From NCBI GenBank assembly GCA_009780985.1, contig WQYZ01000001.1:4030-68029 (forward strand): DNA of 64,000 bases, in the 5' to 3' direction. How positions within the stretch are numbered: position 1 is the stretch's first letter; every line of letters starts with the position of its first letter. Shown here one piece after another: positions 63,941-64,000 of the stretch. The position numbers and the translations under genes are program-made. The stretch comes from Oscillospiraceae bacterium (GTDB taxonomy: Bacteria > Bacillota > Clostridia > Oscillospirales > WRJC01). The notes under the pieces were generated by a model that saw only the letters and a list, made by a program, of their open reading frames with translations, had not been told where the DNA came from and did no database searches.

Positions 63941-64000
63941 TTTAAATCACCGCCAATTTTTTATAGAAATATAATATATCTGTACATGTACAATTATATT

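Noticed and set aside
1-64000. Looked for CRISPR arrays, rRNA, DDE transposases/IS elements, reverse transcriptases (retron/DGR/group II intron), prophage structural genes and riboswitch-like leaders.
   Set aside because: I found no spaced direct-repeat arrays, no rRNA-like segments and no ORFs with DDE, RT or capsid/terminase motifs. The 5' leaders I inspected are short or unstructured. Absence is by eye only, and Infernal/Rfam and ISfinder scans would be needed to be sure.

Overview
This is a 64-kb chromosomal window from a low-GC Gram-positive anaerobe. Gene content and Shine-Dalgarno usage look Clostridia-like, but the taxon cannot be fixed without a search. I count about 55 protein genes and 2 tRNAs, with no rRNA, CRISPR array or DDE transposase. 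Backbone genes include uvrA, ppk1-ppx, rtcB, an alpha-glucan phosphorylase, glycerate kinase, an OmpR/histidine-kinase pair and several sugar and oxidoreductase genes. Three things stand out. (1) A 12.3-kb mobile element (4996-17276) is delimited by 27-bp inverted repeats matching 25/27. It carries a large serine recombinase, a second small resolvase, a replication-relaxation/coupling-protein mobilisation pair, a membrane M48 protease and several orphan genes. (2) A small accessory patch lies beside a tRNA-Met/tRNA-Glu pair. It holds a HEPN/MNT toxin-antitoxin pair, a CGGC protein and a stand-alone SIR2(NADase-type)-TPR fusion under a perfect consensus promoter. The SIR2-TPR gene is my best candidate for an undescribed single-gene defence system. 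(3) A family of GC-rich nested palindromes, GTAGGGGC...GCCCCTAC (REP-like), occupies at least 6 intergenic sites in the higher-GC part and is absent from the AT-rich 4-23 kb block. Other leads are an ADP-ribosyltransferase-like motif protein inside a glycogen/sugar operon, a double-SWIM protein, an XRE-controlled divergent unit next to rtcB, and an apparent frame break at the start of a nucleotidyltransferase gene. All family calls come from motif recognition by eye, since no database search or computation was possible. CDS coordinates follow the supplied ORF track, with starts adjusted where stated. Hand-derived coordinates of non-CDS features are good to about +/-2 nt.
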